Positions 10,564-24,989 of a DNA stretch of 64,000 nucleotides are shown here, one piece after another (positions within the stretch are counted from its first letter, which is position 1; each line of letters opens with the position of its first letter). The notes under the pieces are model-generated. The model was given only the letters and a program-made list of their open reading frames with translations, was not told the DNA's origin and made no database searches. The position numbers and the translations under genes are program-made. Source of the DNA: Candidatus Marinacidobacterales bacterium (GTDB lineage: Bacteria > Acidobacteriota > Vicinamibacteria > Marinacidobacterales > DATDRI01); NCBI GenBank assembly GCA_965226495.1, contig OZ245365.1:5504001-5568000 (forward strand), in the 5' to 3' direction.

Positions 10564-11683
10564 GATAGATCAACTCCATACGTTTCACGGCCGCCTCTAT
10601 GTTGAAGGAGCTGTTTTCGACCTGGGCAAGTGCCTGACCGCCCTTCAACTGTGGACGGGCAGCCCCGGCGTCGAGGATCGCGTCCGCCCACGCCGGCGGC
10701 GAAGAGGTAAGCGGCAGTCGCCGCAGCAGTGACCCCACGACGTCCGCTTCCGGTGGGACGACATCTGCTATCACACATGGCAAGCCGGCAGCTTGAGCCT
10801 CCACCAGCGCCAACCCCAAGCCTTCCCACAACGAGGGGAAAAAGAACACGTCCGTGGCCCCTACCATCAGGCGAGGAACATCGGTTCTGGTTCCCGCGAA
10901 GACGAACCTGTCCGCCATCTTGAGTTTGTCCACTTTTCGTTCGATGATTGGCCGCAACTCGCCGTCTCCAACGAGAAGGAATCGAGCGTTCGGGTCGCGG
11001 CGGGCGATTTCGCGAGCCACCTCTATCCATAGGAGATGGTTCTTTTGTTCCGTAAAGTTCCCCACATGCCCCACCACGAAGGCGTCGACTGGGATCCCCA
11101 ACTCGTCTCGCACGGATGACTTGTCAATGGGCGAGCGAAAAGGGGAAAGATCCCGACCGTAGGAGACAACTCGGCAGAGCTGTTCGGATTTTCCAATATC
11201 ACCGAAGAGGGCGGTGGCCGCTTGTCGCGAGCATGCCAATCGCTCCGTCGAATGTTGACGGAGCCATCTGCGCATCATCGCTCGATAGAGCCGATTGAAT
11301 GGGCCTCGCCGCTGTCGGGAGGTATCGTTGTGGCTGTGACTGATTCGACGCGCCACGCCGACACTCCGCGCCAACTGGACCACGTAACCGCTGAAGAGGT
11401 GGACATGACTGTGAATCAGATCGTACGGGCCGTGCTGCCGCAGGCAGCGACCGAAGTTGCGTGCGTAGGCAAGCGGTCGGCGCGGATGCAGGCAGGGAAT
11501 TACTTGCGAGCCCAGGCTGCGGATTTCCTCATCGTACACGCCGGGCTGAACGGTATGGACGAGGAAATCCATTCGGTATCGGTTTCGATCGATGTTCCTC
11601 AAAATGTTCATGAGCCAAGTCTCGACGCCGCCGGCGTTCATCCCACCCACGACGTGCAAGATCCTAGTTTCAGATGACGGCAT
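10556..11683 (-). CDS. GT4 glycosyltransferase (EpsF-like)
   Basis: ILHVVGGMNAGGVETWL, SHSHN, EQKNH, PSLWEGLGLALVEAQAAG. Confidence 0.92.
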   Translation of the reverse strand: MPSSETRILHVVGGMNAGGVETWLMNILRNIDRNRYRMDFLVHTVQPGVYDEEIRSLGSQVIPCLHPRRPLAYARNFGRCLRQHGPYDLIHSHVHLFSGYVVQLARSVGVARRISHSHNDTSRQRRGPFNRLYRAMMRRWLRQHSTERLACSRQAATALFGDIGKSEQLCRVVSYGRDLSPFRSPIDKSSVRDELGIPVDAFVVGHVGNFTEQKNHLLWIEVAREIARRDPNARFLLVGDGELRPIIERKVDKLKMADRFVFAGTRTDVPRLMVGATDVFFFPSLWEGLGLALVEAQAAGLPCVIADVVPPEADVVGSLLRRLPLTSSPPAWADAILDAGAARPQLKGGQALAQVENSSFNIEAAVKRMELIYRV

Positions 11684-12986
11684 GTGCTTCAATCTTCCGC
11701 ACGGCATAGAGGTTGCCGATCAGGGATCCAACGGCTTGAACCAACACCGCGGCACCGTATGCCCACGCGGCTCCCAGCAAACCATGTCCAGGGATCAGGA
11801 CATAACATCCCAAGGCACCCACGGCAGCGGCCGCCGCGAAGAGTACGGGTTGGACCCGAAACATCCGTGCCGCCGTCAGGCCGTAGCCGAGGACGGCGGC
11901 AACATTGCCAAAGATAAGTGCCGCCATGAGCCAAACCAGCAGGTTTGCCTCTGCCCCGTATTCGGGTCCGTAGAGGATGGCCAAGATCTCGCGCCCGTAG
12001 AGTCCGGCGACCACCAGCGATGTGATTCCGAGTCCCGCGCCGACGCCGACGAGCTTGAGCAAAACGCGCGAGAAGTCCGCTCGGTTTTCTTCCGTGTAGA
12101 AGCGGGCGAGTCGAGGGCTGGCGGCTTGGCCAAGTGCGTTGACGACCGTTCCTAGGGCCACCGCAACGTAGGCCATCGCGGCATAGATTCCTAACTCGCG
12201 CTCGCTCAGGAAACGCTCGATGAAGTATCTGGGAACGTTCGAATTGAGCGACAGCAACATCGCCGCCATTCCGACTGGCAGAGCCAACCGCGCCAACGCG
12301 AACAGTAATCGGGGTTCCCATATCGGTTTGGCGTTGGCGACAAACGATGAAGTCACGCGAAAGTCATAAATGACGAGCATGGTGACCCAGGCCATCGCAA
12401 TGGCTGCGACGCTCCACTCGAGGTTCCCGGTGAGTCCGAACACGAGCGTGAAACCGACTAGAGCCAAAAGACCTTTGGCGATCATCGACTTCGAAATGTG
12501 GTCCATGCGTTCTCTTTGTTGGAACGCTCCGTAGAAAGGGTCGCTAAGGGACTCCGCGGCCTTTGCGATGGCGACTGCGAGAACTACCCAGGCCAATTCC
12601 GGCCGGTAGTCGACGGTGAGAACAATGATGGCGACGATAGCAAGGGCGATGGGGACGGTCACGATGCGCAGTGCCAAGTAATGACCGAACTGATACTCGC
12701 GACGGGCGTCCGTTGCTTGAACCGGGCGTAGGGCGAGCCGCGAGAGAAGGAACACCGGTGCGCAGACGGCGAGGCCCAAGGCGAACTGCCCGACCAACTC
12801 TGGCGCCCCGAGTTTTGCAAGAACGACCAGAAGGCCCCACTGAGTGGCGGCGTAGACGACGTTGCCGGCGAGCGTCCAGGTGAAGTTACCGCGCAGTCCT
12901 AGCGCACGATCGGAAGATCGCGGCGCGGCTTCGCTTGCGAGACTAGCTGAACCTAAAGCGGCACGAGGTTGGGCTCTGACGCTCAG
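11670..12986 (-). CDS. wzx: Wzx flippase (oligosaccharide translocase); start probably CTG
   Basis: Multi-TM protein; the frame continues upstream of the tracked 12797 start through LRGNFTWTLAGNVVYAATQWGLLVVLAKLG; no ATG/GTG/TTG before the in-frame TGA at 13032-13034. Confidence 0.85.
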   Translation of the reverse strand: MSVRAQPRAALGSASLASEAAPRSSDRALGLRGNFTWTLAGNVVYAATQWGLLVVLAKLGAPELVGQFALGLAVCAPVFLLSRLALRPVQATDARREYQFGHYLALRIVTVPIALAIVAIIVLTVDYRPELAWVVLAVAIAKAAESLSDPFYGAFQQRERMDHISKSMIAKGLLALVGFTLVFGLTGNLEWSVAAIAMAWVTMLVIYDFRVTSSFVANAKPIWEPRLLFALARLALPVGMAAMLLSLNSNVPRYFIERFLSERELGIYAAMAYVAVALGTVVNALGQAASPRLARFYTEENRADFSRVLLKLVGVGAGLGITSLVVAGLYGREILAILYGPEYGAEANLLVWLMAALIFGNVAAVLGYGLTAARMFRVQPVLFAAAAAVGALGCYVLIPGHGLLGAAWAYGAAVLVQAVGSLIGNLYAVRKIEAHAVI

Positions 12987-13209
12987 GGATCCCCCCAGGC
13001 TGATGCACTGATAACTGATACCGGAGCTCTTTCAACGAGCCCCGTGACCGGAAGACACCCCCGCAAGGGTCGCACTCGTCCGGCCGGACTCACGAGGAGT
13101 CGTATAACGTTAAGGAATAATTGGGATTAGTCTATTTCAGTTATTTTGACATGGCGGGGCAGAAAACGCAATCTATGGATCGGGGTGCAGTCGTTACGAG
13201 TGCGAGGCA

Positions 13210-13250
13210 CAAAAAAAGCCCGACTGATCTCACGACCAGTCGGGCTTTCT
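13210..13250 (-). terminator. Rho-independent terminator of the rrn operon
   Basis: AAAGCCCGACTG...CAGTCGGGCTTT inverted repeat followed by a T run on the minus strand, just after 5S. Confidence 0.9.
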
Positions 13251-13259
13251 TGTATTAAT

Positions 13260-13376
13260 CCCGGCAACGACCTACTCTCCCACAGAGCTGCCCCTGCAGT
13301 ACCATCGGCGCTGGAGGTCTTAACTGCCGTGTTCGGAATGGGAACGGGTGTGGCCCCTCCGCTAGAGTCGCCGGGA
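13260..13376 (-). rRNA. rrf: 5S rRNA
   Basis: Conserved 5S motifs (CCCGTTCCCATTCCGAACACGG, GATGGTACTGC, GGGAGAGTAGG on minus); terminal helix closes. Confidence 0.97.
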
Positions 13377-13472
13377 AAACCGATATCTGGCTACCGCCTT
13401 AGCAAGAGCCTCGGCGGGTTAGGTGCAACATACACACAAATACAGCGTGACGTTTTGCCCTTAGTAAATTCT

Positions 13473-16501
<3,029 letters not shown>

Positions 16502-16580
16502 ATAGAATTTGCTAAAAGCAAAAAATACAGTCCATCGCCGTACTTGCGCTAGTGTGTTGCACCAATTTGCCAGATATTCA

Positions 16581-16594
16581 GTTGTCAAAGAACC
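16581..16594 (-). promoter_or_regulatory. Spacer boxA antiterminator
   Basis: GGTTCTTTGACAAC on minus, upstream of 23S. Confidence 0.7.
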
Positions 16595-16695
16595 AGTTCT
16601 AACCTGCCCGCCTTTCGACAAGGCTTCGACGGGCAAACTCGAGCTGGAAACTGAATCGTTCCTCTTTCAGAACGCCTCAGTTTCCACCTCGAACT

Positions 16696-16771
16696 TGGTG
16701 GAGAATACCGGGTTCGAACCGGTGACCTCCTGCGTGCAAGGCAGGCGCTCTCCCAGCTGAGCTAATTCCCC
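16696..16771 (-). tRNA. tRNA-Ala(TGC)
   Basis: Cloverleaf GGGGAAT...TGC anticodon...TTCGAA...CCA in the 16S-23S spacer. Confidence 0.97.
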
Positions 16772-16793
16772 GACTTCGCACGACGTCAAAAGC

Positions 16794-16872
<79 letters not shown>

Positions 16873-17065
16873 TTCCACACCCGGATGACCGACAACGCTT
16901 GTTCCGGCGTCATCGCGACCCTCGGGCTTGGTTGGGCCTTTGCCTATACGCACGCCGGGGTGCCCCCGGGGTATTGTTCTCTCAAAACTAGATAGAGCGG
17001 GACTTTGCCAAAACGAATCGACCTAGGAGGTCTGGGTATCCCCCGAAGGGGTACCCGGGTTCTCC

Positions 17066-18627
<1,562 letters not shown>

Positions 18628-18763
18628 AAACTTGCTCCAGACCTACCCTCGCCCGAAGGCTCCGGCAAGCCGGAAACTCGTTAAACTCCAAAAGCTTGTT
18701 CTAGCTTTCGAAGTTGCTACTTCGTTTGGAAATACTCGCTTGGCTTGTTCTCGCTCTATCTAG

Positions 18764-18776
18764 TTTTCAAAGAACA
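18764..18776 (-). promoter_or_regulatory. Leader boxA, within the 16S processing stem
   Basis: TGTTCTTTGAAAA on minus; 18748-18775 is complementary to about 16975-17003. Confidence 0.75.
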
Positions 18777-18799
18777 GACCCCACTTGAGGCAATTTTGC

Positions 18800-18828
18800 A
18801 GGTTAATGCAGAATCGAGTTCATGTCAA
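18800..18828 (-). promoter_or_regulatory. Sigma70-type rrn promoter
   Basis: TTGACA-17 bp-TAACCT. Confidence 0.85.
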
Positions 18829-19610
18829 GAGGAAAATCGCTTCAGATGAGCAGGATAGCCCGATTCTTGGAGGCGCCGCCCCTCGGTTCCCGGGTGGGTC
18901 CCCAAGGCGGCACCCTCCTGGTTCTAGGCCCCAGGGGAAACGGCCCAAGTGGCTGTCTGGTTGGCGGGCAATATCGGCCTTCCGCGTGGGCCGGTGACCG
19001 CATCCGCTGCGGGTCTCGCAACGAGACTGGCTATTAAGCCGGGGGGCCGGTTCCATATCAAGGGGGGCTGCACCGGCGACGTTTCTGAGGGCGGCCTCGG
19101 GTGCAATTGCGCGCCGATCGAAAACCCCTGGGATTCGAACGCTGTGGTGAAGTCACCTTCCGGATAGGCATCGCCGGCCACAATGTCCAACGGATCTGGG
19201 AAATAGTGAAACCCCCCTTGAGGAAAGCCCACGCCTTCTAGTTACACTTCTTACATCCGGGTGCCTGCCGACACATCATCAGCCGGGCCGATTTGGCCCG
19301 GGCCCTGAGATCCGCGTCAACCTGCTGGTCAATGCACGAGAACTCATCTGCTTGGTCTACAACGGTTCCGCCCCGCTGGTGCTGGCCTCCTGACCGAGAC
19401 TCAACGCATCCGCAGTCGTTACCATGAAGCTCGGTTCTGAAAAACATCAGGCGCCAAATCAGAGCAGAGAAAGACATCCGTTATTCCATGCGAGGTGAGA
19501 GATTCCCTTCGATTTGAGAGGCTTTGCCGGGGCGGCCAAACCTGCGTTTATGTTCTGCCCCCTGAGTATCCAACACCCCCATTCATGGCTAAGTTCGGTT
19601 GAGGAAAGGC

Positions 19611-19639
19611 AATGTATGATTTTGCCTCCGATTTGTCAA
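19611..19639 (-). promoter_or_regulatory. Sigma70-type promoter 811 bp upstream of the rrn promoter
   Basis: TTGACA-17 bp-TACATT. Confidence 0.75.
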
Positions 19640-19807
19640 CTTTTCCTTGCGCCCGGTTCTCGAGCTCAATCGCACAAGAATCAAGGATGTGGCGCAACAG
19701 GGCTCAAATATGAACCCGTCATCCGTCGCCGGAAAGCCTTGGTTAGAACTTCCACCGAGGCTGAGATGACGGAGATTCATCCCGAGGTTGAATTTCACGA
19801 TCGGAGC

Positions 19808-22800
19808 TCACTCAGGGCCCGTCTCTGGGGAGGCTGCTGCAGAACGAATCCACTGCTTGAGCGGAGCCGCGACGTCCCCTCGCCCTGCACGTTCCAACAA
19901 CGGGACGGCCTTTTTCAAGAAGGCCTGTACCGACGGCTTGCCCATGAAGACCTCGGTGTGCTCTTGAGGGAGGCTTCCACGCATCCAGTCGAGTTGAGAC
20001 ACTGCCTCGGCGAAGGCGTCGACGGCCTCTTGCTCGCGCCCAAGGCTTTGCAGCGCTTCACCGAGCACCGTCTGCGCCTCGTACAGAGTGGGGCGACCCG
20101 AGAAGTCCTCCGCGACATCGATGACCCCGCGCGCGGCGTCGCGGGCCGCCTCGGCATCGCCCTTTGCTAGGTAAACGCGCCCCAGCGCCGCTCCCGCCTT
20201 CGCTTCGAGTGGACGCAGACGCGCTCGACTCGCCTGCTGCCAGGTCCGCGAGAGTATTCGTTCGGCCTGCTGGAGCTTTCCATCCGCAAGGTACACGCGC
20301 CCCTGCTCTATTTGGGAAGCCAAGGTCAGCTCATTTAGGCCAATCTCCTCGGCAATCTCCTTGGCCCTCTCCGACAACGGAGCCGCGTCGCGGTGCTTTC
20401 CCTGGGCGCGGGCCAGAGCACTTCGGCCTAAAAGAATTTCGGGAATGACACCTTGTGCGTTCGCTTTCCGAGCGACCTTTTCGGCCTCAGCCAGTTCCGC
20501 ATCTGCCTCGTTCAGCAATCCAAGGTCGAGCAGTAGATGCCCCCGGGGCGATCGAACCGCGGCGATGTCGTAGCCACCCTGGAGCTCAAGGAAGAGCTCC
20601 AAGCTCAGCTGAAGCGATTCCTTCGCGTCGCCGTACCGTCCCTGGTCACGATAGATCTCGGCGAGGTACCTATGGATCTCGGCAACACCGGCTCGCTCCT
20701 CGATCTCCTGCGAGATCGCCAGTGCCTCCAACAAAGCCTCGAGCGCCTTTTTGTAGAGTCCCTGCGCCTTTCGGACCAGGCTCATATAACTCAGATTCAT
20801 CGAACGCTCGCGCTTGTCGCCGGACTGCGCAAGGTGGGTCCCCGCCTGTTCCAAGTAGACTAGAGCATCGTTGTACTGTCCTTTGAGCCGATAGATGTTG
20901 GCGATCCGGTCGAGGCGGTTCGCCAGCGCGTAATGGTCCTGACGCTCCATTTCGATCTGCATCGACTCTCGGTACGAAGTGAGCGCCTTGTCCAAATCTC
21001 CGGTGATCTCGTGCGCGAGACCGATGTCCGCGAGAATGTGCGATTCGTCCTCTAGATCGCCCATCTCGCGTGCGATGCTGAGCGCTTCTTCTCGCACCTG
21101 GTAAGATTTCTGGCTATCGCCCTGAATCATATAAACGACCGCAAGGTTGTTGAGCGTCGTTGATTGGCCTTTCGTATCTCCCGCCTCAACTCGGAAGTCG
21201 AGCGATTGGTTGAAATGTTCGATGGCTTGATCGAGATCGCCCGTCTCACGGTAGGCGAGCCCGAGAATGGAATGAATCATGCCCATCGCCTCAGGATCTC
21301 CTTCGTATTCGCCGCTCGCAAGCGTGTTCTGGAGCAACTGAATACCTTCGTCGAGTTTGCCAGTCAAAACCTGTGCGTACGCAAGGCCGAAGCGTGCTTC
21401 CCCGTAATGAGGAGCCAGCTCCAGCGAGCGCGCGTAGGCTTCACTCGCCTCCGGGAACCTCCCCAGTCCTTCGTACAAGAGTCCCAAGCTGAGCTGAATG
21501 TCCGGGTCGTCCGGATACAACTTTGCCAGCTCGCGGTAGCTTTCCAATGCCGCCTCGTAATCATCTTTTACCTGAGCGGCGATGGCATGGATTTGATAGC
21601 GCTCGACGAGCGGAAGAGAAGCTGTTTCAGAAAGTGTCTGGGCCTGTTCGATGGCTACCTCGGCTTCTTCATGCTCACCCGCATCCAAATAGGCATCGGC
21701 CAGCTTGGCATAGGCCATGGCAAAGCTCGGGTCCTCGACGGTAGCTTCCTTAAGGAGTGGTATCGCCGCCTGGTTCGCGCCGCGCTGGAGATGGGCTAGG
21801 CCGGACTGATAGGCCTGGAGAGCTTCGAGCGAACCCGTCGAGACCTCGGCCATGGGCCGATCGGTATCCTCTCTGATTTGCTCAGCCGTGAGATCGAGGT
21901 GTTGCTTAACCTGCTCTGTGATTTGGTCGACCAGCGCAAAGACTTCGGACGAGGCTCCTTCTACCTTGATGGGGATGGGAACTCCCGAGCCAGCCTCGCG
22001 GAGGGTGAGATCCAAACGAAGAGTGCCTCCCACTTCGACAAATTGCCCATGAAGCACCGACTGTGCAGGAGCCCGCTGAGAGACGGACTGCAGCGCAGCA
22101 TCGTCAAAACGGGTCTGCTCACTTAGTCCAAGCTCGGTCAAAACCTTCATCACCCGACCCCCCGGAACGGGCCGCAGATAGCGGGACTGCGAGATGTCGG
22201 TCACCAACATCTCTGAAAGTCCGGTGCGCATCCACTCCAGCTCTTCCGCGCCCGAAGCGTTCGTGAAGGGCAGAATGGCAAGGGTCGTTACAGGACCTTC
22301 CAACGAGTCAACCGATGGCGACTTATCTGGGCTCACAAGGTACAGAGTCGCTCCAACCGCTAGCACAGTCGCAACCGCTGCGGCGATTCCCGCTTTGCTT
22401 TGTGTGACCGCCCTTACCGCCCTCAGAGCAAGCGAGCGGTCCACCGACTCTCGTTCTATATCTTGGAGGACTTCGTGCGCACTCTTGTACCGCAGCTCGC
22501 GGTCGATCTCCAAGCACTTGACCGCCATGTTTTCCAGAAACTTTGGGATCTCGCCATGAAGCTCGCCGAGCGGGGGAGGCTTCTTACTCAAGCGCATCAT
22601 CACTCTCGAGGCAGCTGTGTCTCCTTGGTAAGGAAGCTCTCCAGTCAGCATCTCGTAGAGGATCACCCCGAAAGAAAAGAGATCGGATTGTGCGTCCGCC
22701 TTCTCCGCGCGCACTTGCTCGGGAGACATGTAGTCCGGAGTCCCGATCATCATCCCCTGAGCGGTCATGCCTCCGGTGTCTTGGGCCGAACGGGCGATGC

Positions 22801-23560
22801 CGAAATCCATAATGTGCAACACACCCTCGGGGTCGATCATGATGTTCTCTGGCTTTAGGTCTCGGTGGATCACGCCCTGACTGTGGGCCTCCTCGAGCGC
22901 GCTAAGCATTTGCTTCACGAGCGGGACCGCCTCCTCGCCCGGGATCTTCCCGCACCTCTCGACCATCCGCTTCAGGCTCTCACCAGGGATGTACTCCATG
23001 GTGAAGAAGCGGACGCCCTCAGACTCGCCTAGATCATGAATACGAATGACGTTCTTATGCGTAATCTTGCGGGCTAGGAGCAGTTCTTGTTTGAAACGCT
23101 TCACGAGCTCGGGATTGTTCGACATCTCTCCGCGGATTGTCTTCAGGGCGATCACCTTTTCGAGCTCGCGATCCCAGGCCTTGTACACGCGACCCATACC
23201 GCCTTCCCCCAGAAGCTCCAGGATTTCGTAACGGTTCCCAAAGGACACATAGGCGGGTAGCTCTCCCGTCGTTCCGGCAGACAATGATCCTGGCGAGGGT
23301 GTCATTGGAGGCGAAGGCGTGCCCGGGCGCGAGGCTACGTCCGGCAAAGGAGAAGGCTGATACCCTGTCGAGGCCTCGGATTCAGAAGCGGGGTCCTCCG
23401 AGCTTGCGGGCGCCGCGGGGCGGAGCCCGGTCACATCAGAATCATCGGCCGACGGAACGGGTCGGATTCCAGTCTCTTCAGAATCGTCGAGAAGCGATTC
23501 GCACTTCTCACACTTTTCGAGCTCTTCGGAATTGCTGTGGCCGCAGTCAGGACATCTCAT
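19808..23560 (-). CDS. Hanks-type Ser/Thr kinase with zinc ribbon, TM segment and extracellular TPR array
   Basis: CPDC..CEKC; LGEGGMGRVY, ALK, HRDLKPEN, DFG, GTPDYMSPE; TM near residue 400; LAILPFTN domain; many TPRs. Confidence 0.95.
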   Translation of the reverse strand: MRCPDCGHSNSEELEKCEKCESLLDDSEETGIRPVPSADDSDVTGLRPAAPASSEDPASESEASTGYQPSPLPDVASRPGTPSPPMTPSPGSLSAGTTGELPAYVSFGNRYEILELLGEGGMGRVYKAWDRELEKVIALKTIRGEMSNNPELVKRFKQELLLARKITHKNVIRIHDLGESEGVRFFTMEYIPGESLKRMVERCGKIPGEEAVPLVKQMLSALEEAHSQGVIHRDLKPENIMIDPEGVLHIMDFGIARSAQDTGGMTAQGMMIGTPDYMSPEQVRAEKADAQSDLFSFGVILYEMLTGELPYQGDTAASRVMMRLSKKPPPLGELHGEIPKFLENMAVKCLEIDRELRYKSAHEVLQDIERESVDRSLALRAVRAVTQSKAGIAAAVATVLAVGATLYLVSPDKSPSVDSLEGPVTTLAILPFTNASGAEELEWMRTGLSEMLVTDISQSRYLRPVPGGRVMKVLTELGLSEQTRFDDAALQSVSQRAPAQSVLHGQFVEVGGTLRLDLTLREAGSGVPIPIKVEGASSEVFALVDQITEQVKQHLDLTAEQIREDTDRPMAEVSTGSLEALQAYQSGLAHLQRGANQAAIPLLKEATVEDPSFAMAYAKLADAYLDAGEHEEAEVAIEQAQTLSETASLPLVERYQIHAIAAQVKDDYEAALESYRELAKLYPDDPDIQLSLGLLYEGLGRFPEASEAYARSLELAPHYGEARFGLAYAQVLTGKLDEGIQLLQNTLASGEYEGDPEAMGMIHSILGLAYRETGDLDQAIEHFNQSLDFRVEAGDTKGQSTTLNNLAVVYMIQGDSQKSYQVREEALSIAREMGDLEDESHILADIGLAHEITGDLDKALTSYRESMQIEMERQDHYALANRLDRIANIYRLKGQYNDALVYLEQAGTHLAQSGDKRERSMNLSYMSLVRKAQGLYKKALEALLEALAISQEIEERAGVAEIHRYLAEIYRDQGRYGDAKESLQLSLELFLELQGGYDIAAVRSPRGHLLLDLGLLNEADAELAEAEKVARKANAQGVIPEILLGRSALARAQGKHRDAAPLSERAKEIAEEIGLNELTLASQIEQGRVYLADGKLQQAERILSRTWQQASRARLRPLEAKAGAALGRVYLAKGDAEAARDAARGVIDVAEDFSGRPTLYEAQTVLGEALQSLGREQEAVDAFAEAVSQLDWMRGSLPQEHTEVFMGKPSVQAFLKKAVPLLERAGRGDVAAPLKQWIRSAAASPETGPE

Positions 23561-23646
23561 TAGGCCACCTCGAACGGTCGGGGCAACTAGGAGAGCTTAT
23601 CCCAGGCCCCCGGCGTGGGCCAAGTCCAATACCGGTGAGGGAGCCG

Positions 23647-24963
23647 CTATTCGTGGACCACCCGGCAGACGGGCGTCCAATCGACGCTTGCCGACCTTCA
23701 ATACGACGGTGTCTGTCGGAGGAGCTACCACCAAGGAGCGGAGAGGAAAGAGCCCATCCTCGTTGCGACCGGCCCGGAGCTCTCCAGTGTTAGTTCTCGG
23801 TCCGCCGGCTCCCGATCGCCGTCGATCTGGACCGCCCCCTGGGTGAGGAGACGACCCGCTTCGCTTTTCGACGAAGCCAGACCGGCGTCGACCATCAGGC
23901 GTGAGAGCATCGTCGCCTTGGCACCCTTGGGGAGTCGGTACTCGGGCATATCGTCGGGGAGGCCCCCCTTACGAAAAACCGCCTCGAAGCCTTCCTCAGC
24001 TTGCCGGGCTTCTTCCGGGGAGTGAAAGTCGGTGACGATCTGGCGCGCCAAATCCATCTTGGCTTGTTTGGGATGGACTTTCCCTTCTTTGATCTCTCGA
24101 CGAAGCTTTCCGATCTCGGTGACGCTCTTGTCGGTCAGAAGCTCGTAATACCGGAACATCAAGTCATCGGAGATCGACATGAGCTTCCCGTACATCTCTT
24201 TCGGTGGCTCGGTGACGCCGACGTAATTGTCGAGGCTCTTCGACATCTTTTCGACGCCGTCGGTGCCTTCGAGAAGGGGCATCGTCATGATGACCTGCGG
24301 TGCGAGTCCGTATTCGCGCATGATGTCCCGGCCGACGAGAAGATTGAACGTCTGATCGGTCCCCCCTAGTTCGAAGTCTGCTTCGAGGTGTACGGAATCA
24401 TAGGCTTGGGCCAAGGGGTAGAGGAACTCATGGATAGCGATCGGCTCCTGGGCCTCGTACCGACGTTTGAAGTCGTCGCGCTCGAGCATGCGGGCCACCG
24501 TGTACTTGGCGGTGAGACGCACGATCGCCTCGCCGTTGAGTTCGTTGAGCCAGGTGCTATTGAAAGGCACTTCGGTCTTTTCCGGATCGAGGATCTTGAA
24601 AACCTGTTGCTTGTAGGTCTCGGCGTTCTCTTCGACTTGCGGTCGGGTCAGTTGAGGACGCGTCTTCGACTTTCCACTTGGGTCGCCGATGAGGCCCGTA
24701 AAATCTCCAATGAGAAAGTAAACGATGTGTCCGAGATCCTGGAAGTGCTTCATCTTCCGAATGACTACGGTGTGGCCCAAATGTATGTCCGGCGCGGAAG
24801 GATCGAAACCAACTTTTACTTTGAGCGGCTTTCCTGTTTTCGCCGATTTTGTAAGTTTCGCCCGGAGCTCTTCTACCTTCACCACATCCACCGTCCCCTT
24901 GGTGAGATAGACAATCTGTTCGTCGATGGAGAGCTTCTTCAAGGCTTGTTCGTTCTCCCTCAC
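23647..24963 (-). CDS. tyrS: Tyrosine-tRNA ligase; as written stops at 23725, native end at 23647 displaced by two insertions
   Basis: [32 protein letters not shown]4 domain; VVLKVGKRR tail is out of frame. Confidence 0.95.
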
Positions 24964-24989
24964 CCCAGCCCTCTCCCAGAGGGAGAGGG
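24957..24989. repeat. 33-bp REP-like palindromic repeat, copy 1
   Basis: CCCTCACCCCAGCCCTCTCCC-AGA-GGGAGAGGG. Confidence 0.85.

Noticed and set aside
13146-13174. Plus-strand promoter TTGACA-17-CAATCT facing the rrn terminator
   Set aside because: Poor -10 and no downstream gene
19030-19235. RNase P RNA (GAGGAAAGCCC and CCCGGCTTA look-alikes), 6S RNA or tmRNA
   Set aside because: The two P4-like motifs are on opposite strands; no tRNA-like ends; the long stem is too asymmetric to call 6S
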